A stretch of 64,000 nt of DNA from the human T2T-CHM13v2.0 reference genome, Homo sapiens. Both the position numbers and the translations under genes were made by a program. The stretch is from assembly GCF_009914755.1 (NCBI RefSeq), contig NC_060935.1. The stretch is one strand, 5' to 3'. The notes beneath the pieces were generated by a model. That model saw only the letters and a program-made list of their open reading frames with translations, was not told the DNA's origin and searched no databases. This document shows, piece after piece, positions 57,041-64,000 of this stretch (the stretch's first letter is position 1; the number at the start of each line of letters is the position of its first letter).

Positions 57041-59914
57041 GTGAGTGCCGCCACCGCCGCCTGGAGGGACCTAAGGGCCCTGGGCTGGGACTTGGGGCCG
57101 CACCGGGGCCTGAGGCAGAACAGCGACGCGGACTGGGAGAGGGCGGGGGGCGGCCACCGAGCCAGGAGAGTGATCAAGAACCAGCGCACTGTGGCCTGAT
57201 GCTGTAACCAGGCGGGGACCCGGGCGGTGGCTACTGCACGGAGGCCGACTCCGGGTCGGCTAGGGCAGGGTTGGAGGGACCACGCCCGCCACCTGCGCTC
57301 CCATCGCCAAGGCTCCTGGGGGCGGCTCCCTAGCTCCGAGCTACGCTCTCCACTTCCCGGGCTATCTGCACTCAGAGCGAGGGGAGGCCGCGGCGGCCTC
57401 GGAGCCGTGGGAAGGGGGACGAGGCCGAAGGAAACTCTGGGAAGTTGGGAGTTGGGGACAGCCCCGGGTTGGGGCCGAATCCCACCGGGTGCTGCTCATC
57501 CTTTCTCCCAAGCGTCTAGTTCCTTTCCTTGGTATGGGGTGAGAAGGGCGGGACGCGATCCGGCGTTGGGCCGGGGACAGGGTGCTTCTGGCCTTGGGCA
57601 GACGGGCCTGAACCCGTTCCCGGCGGGTCGCACGGCATGGAGGTGGCCTGGGCCTGGGCGCTAGGCTCGACCAGCGACTACCGCCGGCCACGATGGGGTT
57701 CGTAGACTCGTCGGTCCTGGCTTGTGCACCTGTAGTTACTCCTAGTGAAAGTTGCAAAGCTCTTAACTTTGGAAAGTTCATTTATTTTGGCATTTGACCA
57801 ATTAAGGTTGGAGGAGGGAGTTTTAGTGGAGCCATTTGCTTTTCCTGAGGTCCCTGGGTCTCCCAGGTCGTCTCATCCGTTACTGGCTACTGGAAAATGC
57901 ATTCCTTCCAATGTTTGCTTGAGATGTTTCTCACCTGGAGAAATAGTTTTCTCGAATATTCTCCCAACCTAAGTACTTACCAAAACAGCATATTGTGGTT
58001 GGATTGTTAAAAATGGGATGAGAAAATGGCCTTTCTCTTGATATTGCTATGTATAAATATTGGAAATGAGCTATTGCCTTGCAAATTATGATGTACGAAT
58101 TGAAAACAATTTATTATATAAAAATCCATTTATCCAAAAGATAAATTAAAGAATTATTTGATTTATAAAGAGTGTCACACTGAGCCAGACTTAAATAGCA
58201 TATCCTTGATATATTCAAGATGGTCGTGTGGGGTGAAGTCATCTGCTAAAATTTTAAAGTTTATATCAGATTTTTCCTACCAGAGGCTTTTTTTCCTATT
58301 GAAAAAGAAAAAAATATTGTTTTCCATTGCCGGTGGTTATATTAACTAAGTTTATTGAATGATCATTGATATATTACTTCAAAGTGGATAATTGGGTAGA
58401 GAAATACTGATCCCAGTGGTTTCCAGGGAGGTTTAATGTCCAGCCTATGTGCACCTCATTGCTGGATGTGATGTGCTGAATAAACCACAGTCCCTTATCT
58501 CACAAGCTGGAGTCCCAGGAAGATGTCTTAAGTCGGGGAAGTTCGTCCTTAAGCAGCAGAAGCAAGACAATTATTTTGCATGCTTTGCCCAAAGCAAGTA
58601 TTAGTATTGAAACATCTCACTTCCTTGCCTGTGACCAGACCACGAGTTCTCCTTGTTATCCCACATAAGCAGTTGTCTTTGGCTTTACAAGAGAAGATGG
58701 ATGAGGCCTATCTCTGAATCACATCTTTTTGGCCAGTTTTCTGCTTCTACTCCTTTTAATCCGGGAGCTGGATCCTGTGTTCTCAGATTCTCTTCAGCCC
58801 CTACACCAGGCAACCCCTGAGAAAGAGTCACTAAGTAGGCTTCTTACAAGAGGAAATCTGATTCCTTGGCGGAGGAATAGCTAGAGATAGGAGTCGACCT
58901 TGCTGCTCTGAGTTCCTGATAGCAGTGCTCTGCTTTCTTAAACTAGGACACAAGGGTTTTGAAGTAGCCCCATGCCCCTGTGGCTCTTTGGTTTTTGTTG
59001 GAAAGTAGCCAGCTCATGAGGACAGGGGTGGGGGTTTTCGAGTGCAAGGTGAGAGGAAATGAGGCCAAAGATTACATCCAAAGTGCACCCTCTCCTTCAG
59101 GACACTTCTCCCTTCATTTCCAAATCTCCCTTCATTTCCCTCTTTCCTTGCCTTGCCGACATTAATTCTTATATCAGATGCATTTGTCTTCATCCCTCTG
59201 AAGCAAGAGTGTCTTTAATCTCGGAACCCTAAAAGCTGAGTAGTAGAAAAGCTGCACCACACAACGCCGTGTGAATAATGTCCCTGCTGTTGATAGTGTG
59301 AACCAGAACAACCATGAACAGCAGCCCTGAGACATGGGTTCCTAGAGAGAGTCATCTCTGTAAATGGATGACTTCTTTTTCTGGAAAGGAATCCACCTGA
59401 ATGCCATGTCCCAGCTTTCTCTGTTATTGTCCATTCACGGCCACCCTGTGATAGCTAGGTTTTCTCAAGCTGAACTAAGGACTTTGGTTATAAAAGGAGA
59501 AAAAAGATATAATTTCCTGTGGACAACAGAGTGACCCTGCATCTAGGAAATTTACTCATTTTTTCAGAGGTGTGGAAAGACTAGGGCACAGACCAGCGGG
59601 CCTGAGCCATCAGAAAGGTTCTTTTTTGTCCAGGTAGTTATAGTGCCCTGTTGGGGGAGTACCGCACCCAGATTTCCCTGACTTGGTGTTCACAGAGGAC
59701 TTGATGCAATTGTGATTTAAAAAAATAAGCCTAAGTCACAACTGGAACTGAAGTGCCTCACCCAGTCTGTCATCTGTACCAACTTGTGGAAAGGAAAGTG
59801 CTGAGTGTGAGCACTTTTGTCCATAGAAAGCAATTAGAATGCTCTGTTGGTTGCCTTTATGGTGTTTTATATGTTAATGATGTGGGACATAAACTTGCAG
59901 GCCTCAGAGATTAG

Positions 59915-60530
59915 CCTTTAAGGCAGAGGGAACAGCAAGCCCAAAGGCCCTGAAGTGGTAGCATTATTGATATGATTCTAGAAATGGTGACTTCAGAGAT
60001 GGCTGGAGAGGTGTGAAAGAGATGGAGAGTGATAAGACGTATGGTCAAGAGTTAGAGAGGGTGGATCATGCAGAGTCTTGTAAACCAAAAGACTTTGGTT
60101 TTTACTCTGAATGAGATAGGAAGCCATTAGAAGGTGCTGAGCAGAGAAGTGACAACACTTTGACTGCTATGTTGAAGAGCAAAGGTGAAGTCAGAGAAAC
60201 CTCTTAGGAAGCTATTTCAGAAATCCAGACAGAGGTGATAGTGACTTCAACAGGGATAGTGGTAATGGAGGTGATGAGAAGTAATTGGATTATGAATGCA
60301 ATTTGCAGGTTCAGCTGCAAGTATTTATTGAAGGAAGAGATGTGAAAGGTGAGAGAAGGGCAATTAAGGATGCTTCAAAGGCTTTTTGACCTAAAAAATT
60401 CCATGTACAAGTAGAAGTCTTCAGGAAGAAGGTAGGGGTGAGGAGGGAAATCATGAGGTTTATTTTTTATTTTATTTTAACTTTTTGTAACACATTAAGT
60501 GTGTGATGCCTCTTTAGATAGCCAAGCTGT
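59915..60530 (-). mobile_element. L2 LINE fragment in intron 1
   Basis: GGCAGAGGGAACAGCAAGCCCAAAGGCCCTG...GACTTTGGTTTTTACTCTGAATGAGATAGGAAGCCATT. Confidence 0.85.
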
Positions 60531-61624
60531 TTTACAGTTGAACAGTGACCTGAGGTATGACTATCCTCTTTAATGTCAATTGCTCTATGCTCGTATTTTT
60601 TAACTGGAGACTTTGCTGTCAAGAAGATTAATTGGTTATAGAACAGTATGTATTGTTAGAAGGTTTTCCTTGTAGGGAATTAAAAGGTCTCTTAAATTTC
60701 TACCCATGGATCTTGATTATACTTTTTTTGGTCAAAAAGCATTAGTCTTATCTCTCTTCTCCATCATACACCTTTGGCTATTAGGAGGTAAACTAGCCTA
60801 ACTTCTCTAGATCCACTCTTTCCAAGGAACAGAAAGGAGGATTGGATCATGTAATGACTAGGTCTTAAACATGTTTTTATCATTTTCTTTTTAAGTCTTT
60901 TCTTCTGTAGGGTGCCAACCATGTCTGTGCCAAGCACTTTATGTAGGTCATTTCACTAGTCCTCACAAGTCTTTTAAGCACTTATCTGTGTTCCAGCAGC
61001 AGCAGCAGCTGCTGGGAGCTTGTTAGAATTGGAGATCTCAGTTATGTCCCAGACCCACTGAATATGAATCTGTATATTAACAGGATCCTCAGGTGAGAGT
61101 TGTAGGCACATTAAAGTTCAAGAACCATGGCTAAAAGTGATTGATATATATGAGTAAACTGAAGTCCAGAGAAGTAAACTAGCCCAGGGCCATGGAGTCC
61201 ATTTAAAAGAAGAATTGGGTCTAAGTGAAAGTAGCTTCTTAGGTAGTCACATCACATGTACTGAAAACTGAGGAGTTATTGTCAATGAAAAATTTCTAGG
61301 TGTTTTTCATAAGAGCCACCCTTAGACCTACTTTCTCTCTTCTGTACTTGTATGATGGATTTAATCCCTAAGTGTAGGTCACATTCTATGTAGTTGTAAA
61401 GATTCAGCTTAGTATTTTTGATTATGAATTCTGTTATCCAGGATACTGGTTTTCCATTCATGTTCCAACTCCATATTCTGGAGATTTTTCTGCATGTTCT
61501 CTGTGTCTGTACCCAATGTTTAGAAAAGGTTCAGCAGGTCAGAGTATGAAGCAGAGCCTTAAGACTCATGATTAGTGATTCTTCTCTCCACGTAAATATT
61601 ACTCTATTCAAGAAAAGCTTTTTC

Positions 61625-61842
61625 TAGGTCATGGTTTTCAACTTTGGCTGCACATTAGGAATACTTAGGGAGCTGGAACAAACAAACAAAGAAAAAACAA
61701 ACAACAGCAACAACAAAAACTACCAATGACTGGGCTGCACCCTAGACCGGTTTTAAATCACAGTCTCTGGGAAATGGGCCTGGTATCAGTATTTTTAAAG
61801 TTCATCTATTGATTCTAATGTGCAGCCAAGTAGAGAACAACC
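61625..61842. mobile_element. MER5-type hAT-Charlie element (another at about 60985-61130)
   Basis: GGTTTTCAACTTTGGCTGCACATTAG...GATTCTAATGTGCAGCCAAGTAGAGAAC. Confidence 0.8.
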
Positions 61843-63679
61843 TTTGAGACCATTGGGCAAAGAATGCATCCACCTAACCCTTCTCAGCTCAGCTCACATT
61901 TGTTTCTTGCAAAATTAGGAAAGATAGTATCAAAAACTAGGAACCTTGACTGTTACCCTGTACAGCTAGTGCCCATATCAACTGATTCTTAACTTTCTTT
62001 TCCCAACGTTATCCTACATTTTTCTTTTAAGGGCTCATTGAACATATCATAAGGCTCTATTATGTCCACCAATCTGAGAGGGGAAAAAACAAACAAATCA
62101 AGAAAAATCTTGTCTAAATAGTGTGTCATTAAAAGGTCAGAATATAGAACCTTCACAAATGTCACCCTATGTTAAATTATAATGAAGTCACTTATTAGAA
62201 AATGTACATGTAAAATAATAATTAAATATAGTTTCTATGAAAAAAATCTCCAAAATAATCATCAAGATTAAATATTAGCCTTGATTCAGATTTTTCTAAG
62301 ATAGTCAAAAGAGAATCAGTCTTGAAACACTGGATGTTTATGAATAGACCTTGGTGTGATTATGCACAATGGGATTAATTTTTTTAAATTAATGTTAATT
62401 GCAATCAGGAAAAAGAGTCTTCTAAGGAATGAGTGGCATATTGGATGCACAATATGTGAAGATCTAATTTGCATTTACTTCGGTGACATTTCAGGGCTCC
62501 TTCATAAATATTTTATTTAAACAAGTGTGTTTTCATCTCTGCGGGACTCCTCTACATGGACCAGTGAGTGGTTTAGTCATGAGGTAATTATCAAGAGGGG
62601 AAAACAAAAGCAAATTGTAGTAAAGGCATCACAGGCAGCCCTATGGCCAGCTGCCTCTTTCAAAATAAACAATCAAAAGCACAAACTTTTTGATGTGGGA
62701 TAAACTCTCAAGGAAAAATTAAACTGACACCTAAAGGAAATCATCCTCAAATTTTCTATTATGTATAGAGCATAGATGTTGCTTTCACTGAAGTAGCATT
62801 GAGGCACTTTTATGTTTGTGCTGCAAGTGCAATTTCCCATATGGTTGGCTTAAAAACATTCATAATCTCTTCCTAACAGGTTGACTTGAGGGAACTAACA
62901 AGTTCACACTCCAAAGTGTATAGAGAAAGTGGAGGAGCTTAGTGAGAGGCATAAATGGGGGAGCAATCTCACTTTTAAAAGGACAAGTATGGAGTATGTA
63001 TTTCTATTTTCTGAATGAAGTTTGAATAAAATCACCATTTGTGGAGAAGTTTTCAGTTTTCACTGCAATCTTGGAGCAATAAATGTGCATCACGACTTCC
63101 TTTTCTTTCAAATGTTTATTTGGTGGGCTCTAGGAAGGGCTTTAGACCACATCAAATCCTGAGGACCAGGCTTTGCAGATCTCTTTGAAATCTTCATATG
63201 GCCTTGCACATGTATTTTATCACACAAAAACTTTAAATCAACATTGATAGAACTGCACTTGAAAGAAAAAAAAATCTTCTAGGACATCAAGATGACAAAG
63301 TGGAATAAGCAAGGACTTTGGAGTTAGAATCTGACTGCACTTACTACCTTAGTGACCTTGAGTAAAATATTTAACTCTTCATTTTATTCATCTATAAAAT
63401 GGGAGTGGAAGATTGCTGTAACATTGTGCCCAGAGTAAATGCTCAAATAAATGATCAATAAATTGATGTTGTTGGTAGTATCACCTGCCCATGTTTCCTT
63501 TCAGCCGTGGTCCACAAACATGTATATGTTTTACCATTTGTAATTATTTGTAGGCTAAATTTACTTTCTACTTTTTTGTAAACTTAGCATTTTATTACCT
63601 CTTATTAGCTGTGTGTTCCTGGACAAGTTATTTAACCTCTGTGTCCTCATTTTCTCATCAGTAAAATGTATTACTAGTA

Positions 63680-63854
63680 TCTGGGTTACTAGTTACCCAG
63701 ATAAAATACAGGCTGCCAGTTCAATTTGAATTTCAGATAAACGACAGGGAATATTGCATGGCACATAATTATACAAAACAATCATCTGTTGTTTATCTGA
63801 AATTGAAGTAGAACTGGACATCCTATATTTTTATTTGTGATGCTGACAACCCTA
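63680..63854. mobile_element. MER53 palindromic hAT element inserted in a MIR
   Basis: CCAGATAAAATACAGG...TTTGAATTTCAGATAAAC / GTTTATCTGAAATTG...GACAACCCTA; 8-bp TSD TACTAGTA at 63672-63679 and 63855-63862. Confidence 0.85.
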
Positions 63855-64000
63855 TACTAGTACCTATCTCGCAATGCATGCGAAATACCATAGTACCTGG
63901 TATATGCTCATAGTAATTACACGTAGTAAATGCTCAATAAATACTAGCCATTATTTCTATTATTATAATTTTCCCATTGTTAACACTTATTATTACGTAA

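Larger units (their letters stand above)
56270..57720. promoter_or_regulatory. SYT9: CpG island / SYT9 promoter and 5' UTR
   Basis: Abrupt GC- and CpG-rich segment in an AT-rich, CpG-depleted window. No obvious TATA box; surrounds exon 1. Confidence 0.93.
57041..64000 (+). other. SYT9: SYT9 intron 1 (5' part; exon 2 is beyond the window)
   Basis: GTGAGT donor at 57041. I saw no sequence encoding the expected next residues (DISVSLLTLVV) before the window end. Confidence 0.9.

Noticed and set aside
56896-57207. 103-aa ORF as a complete small protein
   Set aside because: Only the first 48 codons are SYT9; the rest is read-through past the GTGAGT donor into intron 1.
56270-57720. REST/RE1 site expected near a neuronal gene
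   Set aside because: I found no convincing match to TTCAGCACCACGGACAG by eye; a PWM scan is needed.
56080-57781. Many overlapping 60-157 aa ORFs on both strands
   Set aside because: Expected from stop-codon scarcity in a GC-rich CpG island; Arg/Pro/Gly/Ala-rich with no recognisable domain.

Overview
Human genomic DNA, chr11p15.4 by gene identity. About 56 kb of repeat-rich upstream sequence is followed by the CpG-island promoter, first coding exon and start of intron 1 of SYT9 (synaptotagmin-9; exon 1 encodes MPGARDALCH...RPRLRDP and ends at a phase-1 GT donor at 57041). The window also holds the sequence annotated as MIR302E (39470-39541), which lies inside a MIR SINE. Nearly all other ORF-track entries are noise or transposon-derived. 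The repeats include Alu, L1, L2, MIR, CR1/L3, MaLR/ERVL LTRs and hAT elements; families were recognised by eye and boundaries are approximate. Main observations: (1) a human-specific pre-Ta L1HS with a 36-bp 3' transduction and a 40-bp inverted ORF1 fragment inside a 10-bp TSD; (2) a candidate alternative SYT9 first coding exon (43572-43620) next to an LTR, in the same splice phase as exon 1, which would remove the luminal cysteine motif; (3) two upstream ATGs in the SYT9 leader; (4) evidence that MIR302E is a SINE-derived look-alike of miR-302c; (5) an unexplained degenerate repeat array rich in TGACAG motifs; (6) a four-layer nested insertion. I see no support for a wholly new multi-gene system.
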